DNA of 64,000 nt from a virus, in the IMG/VR virus record IMGVR_UViG_3300033552_000003, positions 1-64,000 of that record; one strand, given 5' to 3'. Positions 1 to 7,860 of this stretch are shown in pieces. The notes below the pieces were generated by a model. It saw nothing but the letters and a program-made list of their open reading frames with translations, ran no database searches and was not told the origin of the DNA. Every line of letters starts with the position of its first letter. Position 1 is the stretch's first letter. A program made the position numbers and the translations under genes.

Positions 1-127
1 TATAAAGATGTTGGTGATTGTAAGATAATTTATGACCTTTATATAGCCATTTATTTTTTATATCTAAAGCAATTTCACTTGGATTTTCAGTAGTTAACAT
101 AACTACATTACATTTAATATTTTTCAT
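1..127 (-). CDS. 5' part of a gene running off the left edge (MKNIKCNVVMLTTENPSEIALDIKNKWLYKGHKLSYNHQHLY...)
   Basis: Minus-strand ATG at 127-125, open to position 1 with no stop. Same orientation as the gene at 148-387 and 20 nt from it. Below the 60-aa cut-off of the ORF track. Confidence 0.35.
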   Translation of the reverse strand, partial: MKNIKCNVVMLTTENPSEIALDIKNKWLYKGHKLSYNHQHLY

Positions 128-147
128 GAGTTATGTTGTTAAAGTGT

Positions 148-387
148 TTAATTAATTCCTTTTAAAAAAATATATCCTAATGCATTGGGTTTATATATTT
201 TTTCAGAGTTTGGATAGTTTCCTATAAACGATACTATTGTTAAAGGATTCCAATCAGATTCCCAAACATGGTTATTATTTATTTCTTTTAATTTATTATA
301 AATTATAAGACAGTGTTTAGCATCTGTTTTATAATCTATGTTGTTTGTTTTTAATTGTTTTTCGAGTATTTCTAATAATTTTCCCAT
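148..387 (-). CDS. hypothetical protein, 79 aa
   Basis: ORF in the track; part of a co-oriented minus-strand gene string. Confidence 0.6.
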   Translation of the reverse strand: MGKLLEILEKQLKTNNIDYKTDAKHCLIIYNKLKEINNNHVWESDWNPLTIVSFIGNYPNSEKIYKPNALGYIFLKGIN

Positions 388-415
388 TATTGTATTATTT
401 AAATCTATGGTTTTT

Positions 416-531
416 ATCGTTGATAAGTGATTTTGTTTTTTCGATTGCCACTTTAAGTCTAGCTATTCGTTTAGCTTTCTAGATAATCCAACAATATCCA
501 TCTCACGACTGATGTTTTACTTATCAACGAT
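416..531. repeat. 13-bp perfect inverted repeat (atcgttgataagt 416-428 / acttatcaacgat 519-531) closing a ~90-nt insert
   Basis: Read directly and reverse-complement checked. Lies in a 289-nt ORF-free gap (388-675) inside an otherwise tightly packed minus-strand gene string. Confidence 0.8.
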
Positions 532-675
532 CATCAAAACTACTTCCAAATTGCTACGAGGTACTCGGTCCCATGTTCGAGCCTTAATGCTAAGGTATGT
601 GCAATCGTCACCCAAGAAGTTTCCAGCCTTTGAACTGGATAGATTGAAGATTGTTATTGATTTATTAAGTTTAAT

Positions 676-861
676 TTAACTGTTGCCAGTATTATTTTTT
701 TCTGCAAGTTTAACTCCTAAAACTGCTGCGTTTATACAAATTATAAGATATACAGAAGTATAATAAGCCTCAAAGATAGAATAGTTTGGTTTTTTTTTAA
801 AGTATAAAATATTTCCTATTACAATAAGTATTATTGATATAATATTTACTATTTTAAACAT
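676..861 (-). CDS. small membrane protein, 61 aa (two hydrophobic segments)
   Basis: ORF in the track; IISIILIVIGNILYF and VYLIICINAAVLGV hydrophobic stretches. Confidence 0.55.
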   Translation of the reverse strand: MFKIVNIISIILIVIGNILYFKKKPNYSIFEAYYTSVYLIICINAAVLGVKLAEKNNTGNS

Positions 862-892
862 TGTGTTAAAAGTTTAGGTAGTTTGATGAGAT

Positions 893-1123
893 TTAACTTG
901 GTTTTGGATATCTTAATGATTCTAATTCTAATAAGTTTGGGCTTATTAGCATAGATATTGTATCTCCTTCTGTAAAATATATATAAACAACTTCTTGTCC
1001 ACTACTATATTTTCTATATACACCAATACCTACTTTACCATGTATTTTATTATGAATTTGATTAGTAGATGGAGCATTTACCCAAACTCTTTTTGGTGAA
1101 TCTTTAAAATCGTTTATGTTCAT
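893..1123 (-). CDS. hypothetical protein, 76 aa
   Basis: ORF in the track, tight spacing with neighbours. Confidence 0.6.
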   Translation of the reverse strand: MNINDFKDSPKRVWVNAPSTNQIHNKIHGKVGIGVYRKYSSGQEVVYIYFTEGDTISMLISPNLLELESLRYPKPS

Positions 1124-1137
1124 AGTTTGAATGAAAT

Positions 1138-1377
1138 TTAATTATTGTATATTTTATTTACATACCATTTAAATCTTTCTAATTCATCTTTTATTGTATC
1201 ACAAAAAAGAAAGGAATTATCTTTCTGTAATAATATATTATTTATATAATTATCAAAGTGATAATTAAATGATTTACCAGATAGATTAGGATATAATTCT
1301 ACAAACGTAGGTTTAAATACTATTCTTAATTCTTTTAAAGAGGTTATTTTAAGACTGTTTTCAATGTGTGTTATCAT
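1138..1377 (-). CDS. hypothetical protein, 79 aa
   Basis: ORF in the track, tight spacing with neighbours. Confidence 0.6.
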   Translation of the reverse strand: MITHIENSLKITSLKELRIVFKPTFVELYPNLSGKSFNYHFDNYINNILLQKDNSFLFCDTIKDELERFKWYVNKIYNN

Positions 1378-1391
1378 TTATTGGATGAGAT

Positions 1392-1640
1392 TTAACTGTT
1401 GGAAATATGTAATTGATCGCATAATGGGCATTTAAACCAAACAGCATTGTATTTAAATGTATATGGTTCATATTTATCATACATAGGTGTTATTGATATT
1501 TCTTTATCTGTTATAATATTACCATTTTTAAACCAAGTTGCTTTTTTAGGTAAATCTGCAATATAATCCATTTTTTCATCGTTAGTATATATACCTAATG
1601 ATTCATTTTGCATTTTTAATATTTTATATGATTTGTTCAT
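1392..1640 (-). CDS. hypothetical protein, 82 aa
   Basis: ORF in the track; C-terminal CPLCDQLH could be half of a zinc knuckle (weak). Confidence 0.6.
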   Translation of the reverse strand: MNKSYKILKMQNESLGIYTNDEKMDYIADLPKKATWFKNGNIITDKEISITPMYDKYEPYTFKYNAVWFKCPLCDQLHISNS

Positions 1641-1860
1641 TTATTGATCTTAATTTAACTGTTGTATATAAAGAAAAGAGAACTAATTAAAGTTCTTTTT
1701 ATGTTATTTCTTGTCATAGTTCTGATAATCAGTTACGGTCATGATTATTCCTTGATATTGTACCATAGTTGTAGGTTTTAAAAAGTTGAGTCAAATATTA
1801 TTGCTAATACTATAACTAATAGTATTAGTCTAAGTATAGTTTTTTGTGACATAGATTAGT

Positions 1861-1889
1861 AAATAAAGAGGGAGAAATTAATCTCCCTC
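1861..1889 (-). terminator. rho-independent terminator for the 1896-2411 gene
   Basis: 8-bp stem gagggaga (1868-1875) / tctccctc (1882-1889). On the minus strand it is followed by UUUAUUU, 7 nt after the stop codon. Confidence 0.6.
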
Positions 1890-1895
1890 AGTTAA

Positions 1896-2411
1896 TTAAG
1901 CTTTAACAGTTACTGTTTCAGCAGATTCTACAGGAATAGAAACTCTATCTGCAGAAGCTTTATTGAATAAACCACCAGCTTTAAGTTCTTTAGCCGCAGG
2001 AACCATGTATGATTTAACAGACATAATTTTGTTTTCTGCAGAATCAAGAACGAATTCGCCAGCTTTTGTTGCGAAGTCGATAATCGCTTCGATTGTATCA
2101 CCTTTTACAGGGATAGCAGGATTAGGATTGCTGTCAGTTACAAGGATTTCGTGTGTGAACGTCATACCTTTGATATCAGCTTCTTCTAATTCACCGTTTT
2201 GGAATGCTTCAGCAATACGTTCAGCATTACGTGGATCGTAAGCAGCGAAGTTGATAAGAATTGAGTGTCTGTAACCGTCAATTTTACCAACAGCAGTTTC
2301 TTTTACAAATGGAGAAGTTACTGATGCTACTGGTAATTTAACTTTACCAAGTTGTACTAATACTAATTTTTCAGCTTGAGCTAATTTTGTGTTGTAAGTT
2401 GTTGTTGACAT
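1896..2411 (-). CDS. hypothetical protein, 171 aa; first gene of the leftward unit, probably highly expressed
   Basis: ORF in the track. Noticeably GC-richer codon choice than its neighbours and its own terminator. No motif I can name. The antisense ORF 1963-2241 is judged spurious. Confidence 0.75.
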   Translation of the reverse strand: MSTTTYNTKLAQAEKLVLVQLGKVKLPVASVTSPFVKETAVGKIDGYRHSILINFAAYDPRNAERIAEAFQNGELEEADIKGMTFTHEILVTDSNPNPAIPVKGDTIEAIIDFATKAGEFVLDSAENKIMSVKSYMVPAAKELKAGGLFNKASADRVSIPVESAETVTVKA

Positions 2412-2460
2412 GATTGTAGTATTTAATTGTTTGTTTTAATCCACAGACGTTGTGGTCCGA

Positions 2461-2476
2461 ATATTCATATGAATAT
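2461..2476. promoter_or_regulatory. 16-bp perfect palindrome ATATTCATATGAATAT, operator-like; extra half-site ATATTCAT at 2511-2518
   Basis: Read directly; 50 nt upstream of the minus-strand ATG at 2411. Confidence 0.4.
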
Positions 2477-2840
2477 AGAACTTCTACAAGGTTACAACCC
2501 TTGATATTACATATTCATCCCTTGCTGGATAACTTGTGGTAATTACTCCACTAACCTGGCTTTGTTTATGTAATATGATTATAATATCATGATATTATCC
2601 TGTTTAATTGGATAGGAGTTTATTTACTTGATTAGAGTAAAGAGTTTAATATTATATAATTTGCTTTATCTATCAATGATTAATATCAAGATTCTGTACT
2701 TACATCTTCGTTATTGTTACATAACTTATAGTTTTCCTCTGCGGTACTTTTTCTATATCCTAGGTAGACAAGTCACTTACAGTCAGCATCATATGATTTA
2801 GGTTGATCTTATCCTAATGGAATTATATAATATTAAGAGT

Positions 2841-2912
2841 TTGGTACACAATTCATTTACAGTTATATAAGGATCTTACTGCCCAGTATAATGTATTGAT
2901 ATTGTGTACCAA
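2841..2912. repeat. 12-bp perfect inverted repeat ttggtacacaat / attgtgtaccaa with a 48-nt spacer
   Basis: Read directly and reverse-complement checked (2841-2852 vs 2901-2912). Confidence 0.8.
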
Positions 2913-3061
2913 GGTTTTTAGTGTTATTGACAAACTGATATAGCAAGAGTAGTCATAAGTACAAAGTATACTGTACATACTGTTGCTGTGATAATAGTCT
3001 TTTTGTTTGATTGTAGAGATAATTGTAGAGTTTTCATAGTTGTATGTGTTTAGATTGTTAG

Positions 3062-3303
3062 TTATGTATGATTTAAGAATGTTTAGATTTATTCAATAAT
3101 ATATGCGTTGTATGTACTATGTATGGTTTTAGTATGAGAGAGATATGTGGGAGAGAGGTTTAACCATCACTCTATCAGTCACTTACAACATAAAATCTTA
3201 GGTAGTTATGATGGATTACACGCTACAACCCAATAGATACGTTATAACAGTATGATTATCTGTATGTTACGCTGTTATCTATGTAGTTAACTGTCTATGT
3301 ATG
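3062..3303 (+). repeat. iteron-like direct repeats TATGTATG (3063-3070, 3118-3125, 3296-3303) within a GTATG-rich stretch
   Basis: ctatgtatg is identical at 3117-3125 and 3295-3303; ttatgtatg at 3062-3070. Several further GTATG copies lie between 3041 and 3305. Confidence 0.6.
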
Positions 3304-3328
3304 AGGGCAATAGTATATGTTATTGAAT

Positions 3329-3420
3329 ATCCAGAAAAGAATAGAGACGACAGGATCATATCATAGCTTATCTTGTAAGTGATTGATTAACTGATAACTC
3401 AACTCTCTCCTTTTCTGGAT
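3329..3420. repeat. 11-bp perfect inverted repeat atccagaaaag / cttttctggat enclosing 70 nt
   Basis: Read directly (3329-3339 vs 3410-3420). Confidence 0.8.
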
Positions 3421-3556
3421 TGAAGTAACGTACTAACTGATTGTTAGACGATTATTTATATGTTAAGAACATGTTTTATTCCCGCAAATCCTTAACGTTC
3501 TACTAACCATACGGGGGTAAGTCAGCTCAATGTTAAGTGGGGGTATTATATGGTGT

Positions 3557-3629
3557 CTAGCTAGAGATATCTATTCCACAGAAAAAAATAATTATGATTT
3601 TTAAAAAATAAAAAAAATTATTATCTCTA
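3557..3629. repeat. A-tract block (3570-3621) bracketed by the inverted repeat tagagata / tatctcta; palindromes ctagctag and agatatct on its left edge
   Basis: 3562-3569 vs 3622-3629. Interior is gaaaaaaataattatgatttttaaaaaataaaaaaaatta. Confidence 0.7.
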
Positions 3630-3882
3630 CCAGGATCTTAAATTTCAAACTACCCCACAATCCCTTTTTCAGGACTCTATTCTTATCTGTTATACTCTTA
3701 CCTATGTACACAGTTCGGTCTCGCTTCGCTCGTCCTCCTTGTTTTTATTGTTTTATTATTAAATTAAATATATGTATATCAGATAAGATACATATTACTT
3801 GTTAAGTAATTGATAATCAGACTTGGAGGGTACATGTAAGTTTGCTTCAAAGCAAAATATGTTTGGTCTATTGCAAACTTTG

Positions 3883-3914
3883 TTTGCTTTACTCCAAATT
3901 TTAGTCTATATTTG
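3883..3914 (+). promoter_or_regulatory. Bacteroidota-type promoter TTTG-N20-TATATTTG for the rightward block
   Basis: TTTG at 3883-3886, 20-nt spacer, TAnnTTTG at 3907-3914, about 70 nt upstream of the ATG at 3984. Matches the published Bacteroides -33/-7 consensus. Confidence 0.4.
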
Positions 3915-3983
3915 AGTACTGAAAGTCAGTATTCTTTACTTTTAGTATAAAACTTACTACCCTGTGAATAAATCTCTACAAAT

Positions 3984-4526
3984 ATGATAGATCAAATTAA
4001 AGAATTACGTGTTAAAATTGATGGATTAGCTCAATTGACTAAAGGATTATTACCTTTATTTGAAAAAAACAAAGAGGGTTATAGACATTATGCAAATTAC
4101 AATTCTGAAGAAATAAACAAGTCTTATAACTCACTTATTCTAGCAAAAGCTTGGTTAGGTAAAGTATTATTTGAGTTAGGTGATAAAACACCTTATAAAT
4201 CAGGATATAAAACTGTATCTGATATTGAACCTACTGTAGATATTTTAAATAAAAAAGGCGTCTGTCTAGGTAAAGTAAATGGAATTCCTAAAATTATTGA
4301 AAAAGATTTTATTTCTGAAAATTATCAAGAAATGAATCATATTGAAAAAGTAGATTGGTTAAAAACTGAGATAGAAAATACTATTATAGAAGTAGAAAAG
4401 TTTGTTATACCAACAACTAAAAGAAAATTGGTTATTTGTGTAACTAATACTTTTACTCACTTATCAGAAGCTAAATTCCACTTGGGATTTGAATTACAAC
4501 GAATTAAAAAACAATCAAATAAATAA
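3984..4526 (+). CDS. hypothetical protein, 180 aa
   Basis: ORF in the track; first gene of the rightward block. Confidence 0.75.
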   Translation: MIDQIKELRVKIDGLAQLTKGLLPLFEKNKEGYRHYANYNSEEINKSYNSLILAKAWLGKVLFELGDKTPYKSGYKTVSDIEPTVDILNKKGVCLGKVNGIPKIIEKDFISENYQEMNHIEKVDWLKTEIENTIIEVEKFVIPTTKRKLVICVTNTFTHLSEAKFHLGFELQRIKKQSNK

Positions 4527-4530
4527 TAAT

Positions 4531-4785
4531 ATGGAACTAGGATCATATCACATGCCTTTTAAGTATAGAGGAAAGGTAATTGAAAAAGATAAAATGTTTA
4601 TCTTTTTTGATGGTCAAAAAATGCAAATAAATCAATATGAATTTGAATTTCATAGTTCTACAGCTTTAACATATGAAGAAGTTAAACAAAAATTAGCAGG
4701 TACTGAAGATTTACTTGTAATAGCTGGAGATTTTATAGTTAAAAGTATGATGGAAAATGAAGTAGAAATTAAAACAATTAAATAA
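4531..4785 (+). CDS. hypothetical protein, 84 aa
   Basis: The track ORF starts at 4489. The ATG at 4531, 4 nt after the upstream stop, is the more likely start. Confidence 0.6.
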   Translation: MELGSYHMPFKYRGKVIEKDKMFIFFDGQKMQINQYEFEFHSSTALTYEEVKQKLAGTEDLLVIAGDFIVKSMMENEVEIKTIK

Positions 4786-4802
4786 ATTAAAATAAACAAA
4801 CA

Positions 4803-5141
4803 ATGGAAAAGCAAATTGAAGAATTAAAATGGATTGATGGTATTTTCTTAACAGAAAGACCTGTAGTTAAAGGTACACCTACTTTAGGAAGACTAGTTAT
4901 ACAAACTCCTGATGATGCTACAATGAAACTAAAAAAAGGAGGTAAACTAGTTTTACTTGAAACTAAAGATTATGCTGTAGGAGATGGTTTTTATTCTAGA
5001 GTAATTGCTGCTCATCCTGATGAACCTAATTATAAAATAGGTGATTATGTTATTGTAGCTGCTCCAGGTGTTCCTGTGAAGTTCTCAGGTGTATTCTGTG
5101 AATCTGTTATGATACATACTGTTTTACATAAACTTAGTTAA
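4803..5141 (+). CDS. hypothetical protein, 112 aa
   Basis: ORF in the track. Confidence 0.7.
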   Translation: MEKQIEELKWIDGIFLTERPVVKGTPTLGRLVIQTPDDATMKLKKGGKLVLLETKDYAVGDGFYSRVIAAHPDEPNYKIGDYVIVAAPGVPVKFSGVFCESVMIHTVLHKLS

Positions 5142-5142
5142 T

Positions 5143-5358
5143 ATGACAAAAGAGGAATCTTTAAAACCCTATGTTACATTAAGAGAAATTGTTATTGAAA
5201 GAATTAACAATAGTTTTAAACATTTAAATATAATAAGTTATGAACAATCAACAGAATTTATAAAAGGAAAGATTGAAGTAATAAATCAGTATTTAAAAGT
5301 ACTTGAAAAATTAGAAGGTTTTATTAAAGAAATAAAAAACGATGAAAGTATTACATAA
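5143..5358 (+). CDS. hypothetical protein, 71 aa
   Basis: ORF in the track; begins 1 nt after the upstream stop. Confidence 0.65.
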   Translation: MTKEESLKPYVTLREIVIERINNSFKHLNIISYEQSTEFIKGKIEVINQYLKVLEKLEGFIKEIKNDESIT

Positions 5359-5632
5359 GTTTCAAATAGAAGTATACGATATAGCACAGTCTGAGGAATT
5401 AGATAGATTAGGTATTCCTAATTCTGAAGAATCTGCTGATGTTATGATAGTTGATCTTTATCTAGATTTAGCTGATGTAGAAACATTCAGAAAAACCTAT
5501 ATGACAGATAAAATAGAAATTGAATGTGTTAATATTCAAACTAAATCTGGAGAATCATATATTCTATTAATAACTGAAGAAGAGTTTATAGAAAAATATG
5601 AAAATTATTTTGGTGTACTAGAGATTAGATAA
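5342..5632 (+). CDS. hypothetical protein, 96 aa
   Basis: ORF in the track, ATG start, short overlap with the upstream gene. Confidence 0.65.
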   Translation: MKVLHKFQIEVYDIAQSEELDRLGIPNSEESADVMIVDLYLDLADVETFRKTYMTDKIEIECVNIQTKSGESYILLITEEEFIEKYENYFGVLEIR

Positions 5633-5634
5633 CG

Positions 5635-6066
5635 ATGACAAGCTGGAAGAAAAATATAATTACAGAAACTTTAGATGAAAGTACTGGAGAAGTTGTAAAA
5701 ACTTTTGAAAGACTTAAAGCTGAGGATTTTGTAATTATATTTAATTCTGCTTCTGTATTATTATCTACAGATACATCTCCTACAGAAATAAAGTTATTAT
5801 TTGCTTTATTTAAGATTGTAGAGTATAATACAAATAAACTATATATAACGTCTAAAAGAAGAATTGAGCTTAGAGAAATTATAGGAGGAGAAAAGATTCT
5901 TAATAATGGTAGTTTTTCAACTGCTTTTAGAGGATTAATAGATAAAAAGATATTGTTAGTTTCAGAAGGAAATTACATACTCTCCCCTTACTTTTTCTGG
6001 AAAGGTGAATTATCAGTTAGAACGAAACTACTTAAAGTAGTCTTAAAAGAACAATTAAATGGATAA
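5635..6066 (+). CDS. hypothetical protein, 143 aa (possible winged-helix DNA binder; weak)
   Basis: ORF in the track. Helix-rich region followed by a K/R-rich hairpin-like segment. Function is not established. Confidence 0.65.
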   Translation: MTSWKKNIITETLDESTGEVVKTFERLKAEDFVIIFNSASVLLSTDTSPTEIKLLFALFKIVEYNTNKLYITSKRRIELREIIGGEKILNNGSFSTAFRGLIDKKILLVSEGNYILSPYFFWKGELSVRTKLLKVVLKEQLNG

Positions 6067-6292
6067 TAAAGAAGATATATTAGAAACTGCTTTAAACTCT
6101 GGAATTAGATATTCTGCAAAACAATATAATGTATCTGAAAAAGAAGTATATTCTATTGTAAAAGAGTTTAAAAATGAAATGAGTACTGAAGGTGGATTAT
6201 GTCCATGTGAATTTGCAAATAAACAAAGAAATTGTGGGATGATGTGTTTCATGTGCTCAGGACCAATAACAAACAGTAGAATAATAATATAG
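6059..6292 (+). CDS. hypothetical Cys-rich protein, 77 aa
   Basis: ORF in the track; CPCEFANKQRNCGMMCFMC cluster. The antisense ORF 6055-6252 is judged spurious. Confidence 0.55.
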   Translation: MDNKEDILETALNSGIRYSAKQYNVSEKEVYSIVKEFKNEMSTEGGLCPCEFANKQRNCGMMCFMCSGPITNSRIII

Positions 6293-6468
6293 TGGATAAG
6301 CTAATAAAAACAACTTATACGTACGAATCAGTTGAAGAAGCAATAGTTGATTCTGAGAACATAAGCTATCTTTACAGAGAGAATAACACAAAAGTAGATT
6401 ACTATCAAATTCTTATAGGAAAAGAGTTAGTTCAATTAGTTTACTTTCTAAAAATATTAGAAATATGA
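6292..6468 (+). CDS. unlisted small ORF, 58 aa, GTG start (VDKLIKTTYTYESVEEAIVDSENISYLYRENNTKVDYYQILIGKELVQLVYFLKILEI)
   Basis: Fills an otherwise empty 172-nt gap. TAGTG overlap with the upstream stop and ATGA overlap with the downstream start at 6465. Just below the track cut-off. Confidence 0.45.
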   Translation: MDKLIKTTYTYESVEEAIVDSENISYLYRENNTKVDYYQILIGKELVQLVYFLKILEI

Positions 6469-6821
6469 GAGTATTTAGTAATGATGTAACTCAAGATGAG
6501 TACGTTAAGTTTTATGTAGACTTATGGGTAGGATCTTTTAAGCTTACAGACAAGGAAAAGAATGTTGTAATTGAATTAGTTAATATCTATTTAGAGTTAG
6601 CTGCAGATGGATTACAACCTAAGTATATTAATAAACTTCTATTCTCTACAGACTCACGTAAGAGAGTAAGAGATTCTATGAATATAAGTGAACCTGGTTT
6701 AAATAACTACTTTACACAACTTAAAGAAAAGTATGTAATCTTAGAAGAAGATAAAGAATTAAGTATCACGACATTCTTAATACCTGTATCAGAAATAACC
6801 TTTAAATTTAATATTATATGA
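6465..6821 (+). CDS. hypothetical protein, 118 aa (possible wHTH; weak)
   Basis: ORF in the track. Confidence 0.65.
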   Translation: MRVFSNDVTQDEYVKFYVDLWVGSFKLTDKEKNVVIELVNIYLELAADGLQPKYINKLLFSTDSRKRVRDSMNISEPGLNNYFTQLKEKYVILEEDKELSITTFLIPVSEITFKFNII

Positions 6822-7273
6822 TAGATAAATATTATACACCTTCTATAGAAGAATTCCATGTTGGATTTGAATATCAATATAAAGTTAAAACATCAGGTAG
6901 TTCTTTTGTTTTTGCAAAAGACCATATTTATTTATGGATTGATGATTATATTAAATCAGGTGATATTTTATCATTTAGATTAGATGAAATAAGAGTCAAG
7001 TATTTGAATAAAGAAGATATTGAAAGTTTAGGGTTTATTAAACAAGATTATCAATATCAAAATAATTTAGAATTCAAATATGGAGATATTTGGAAAACTA
7101 ATTCCAAATCTGGTTGGCTACATTTTAATACAGATACTAAAATACTAAAAATTACTTCTTTAGATAGTGGTTCTAATATAGATGGTCCAAATCATTCTGT
7201 TAAATTTAATGGATTTATTAAAAACAAATCAGAATTAAAAGTACTTTTAAAACAATTAGAAATATGCGAATAA
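6818..7273 (+). CDS. hypothetical protein, 151 aa
   Basis: ORF in the track; ATGA overlap with the upstream gene. Confidence 0.7.
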   Translation: MIDKYYTPSIEEFHVGFEYQYKVKTSGSSFVFAKDHIYLWIDDYIKSGDILSFRLDEIRVKYLNKEDIESLGFIKQDYQYQNNLEFKYGDIWKTNSKSGWLHFNTDTKILKITSLDSGSNIDGPNHSVKFNGFIKNKSELKVLLKQLEICE

Positions 7274-7860
7274 TAGAAGAGTTTTTACCAAATCTTTCTT
7301 TTTGGGAAGTATGTCCTCAACTAACTCTTGCTGGACCTACTAAAAGATTATATGATGAAGATAGTTCTAAAAAGAAAGAGAAGTCTTCTAAAGTAATGTG
7401 GTTTATAGCTATGTCTACAGATATAAACTCTAAATACTATAATCTACATACAGTAGGTCCAGATAATAAATATGAATTATTAGGAGGAGATATACTTGGT
7501 GATAAGAAGTACTACGATAAATACAAAAAAGATTGTGATGAATTAATTGAATTCTATTGTAAACTACAAGATACTATTGCACAACGTGCTCTTAGAGAAT
7601 GGGATGACAAAATGGTTGAACGAGCTAAATTTATTAAAGATAATCCATATACAATGGATTCTTTTGAATTTGATGAATCAACAGGTAAAAACATTAAAAT
7701 AGCTGGAACAGTAGATACTCTTGAAAAAATGATGAGTTTAACTAAACGTTTATATGATGATTTTGATCGTATACAAAAAACATTGAGTATTAGTGAGATA
7801 GATACAGAAAATTTAGGTGGAGGAGAGGCTTCTCTTTCAGACCAGGGAGATGGATTTTAA
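7264..7860 (+). CDS. hypothetical protein, 198 aa (small-terminase candidate by position only)
   Basis: ORF in the track, two genes upstream of TerL. No motif recognised. Confidence 0.65.
   Translation: MRIIEEFLPNLSFWEVCPQLTLAGPTKRLYDEDSSKKKEKSSKVMWFIAMSTDINSKYYNLHTVGPDNKYELLGGDILGDKKYYDKYKKDCDELIEFYCKLQDTIAQRALREWDDKMVERAKFIKDNPYTMDSFEFDESTGKNIKIAGTVDTLEKMMSLTKRLYDDFDRIQKTLSISEIDTENLGGGEASLSDQGDGF

Larger units (their letters stand above)
2412..3983. other. 1,572-bp divergent region with no ORF of 60 aa or more in any frame; candidate origin, genome terminus or structured RNA locus
   Basis: No entry in the six-frame track. Lies between the leftward (2411) and rightward (3984) gene blocks. 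Contains the repeats listed separately. Confidence 0.8.

Noticed and set aside
3841-3865. Alternative rightward promoter TTTG (3841-3844) / TATGTTTG (3858-3865)
   Set aside because: The spacer between the two elements is only 13 nt, far from the 19-21 nt of the Bacteroidota consensus. The 3883-3914 candidate fits better.
2412-3983. A protein-coding gene hidden by recoding or frameshifts in the 1.57-kb gap
   Set aside because: TAA, TAG and TGA all occur densely in all six frames. Only peptides of 37 aa or fewer are possible, and the repeat architecture points to a non-coding function.
4803-5141. GroES/gp31-like co-chaperonin for the 112-aa protein
   Set aside because: The only resemblance is a vague one (GDYVIVAAPGVPVKF versus GD-x-V-hh). 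No mobile-loop or N-terminal GroES pattern is present. Left as hypothetical.
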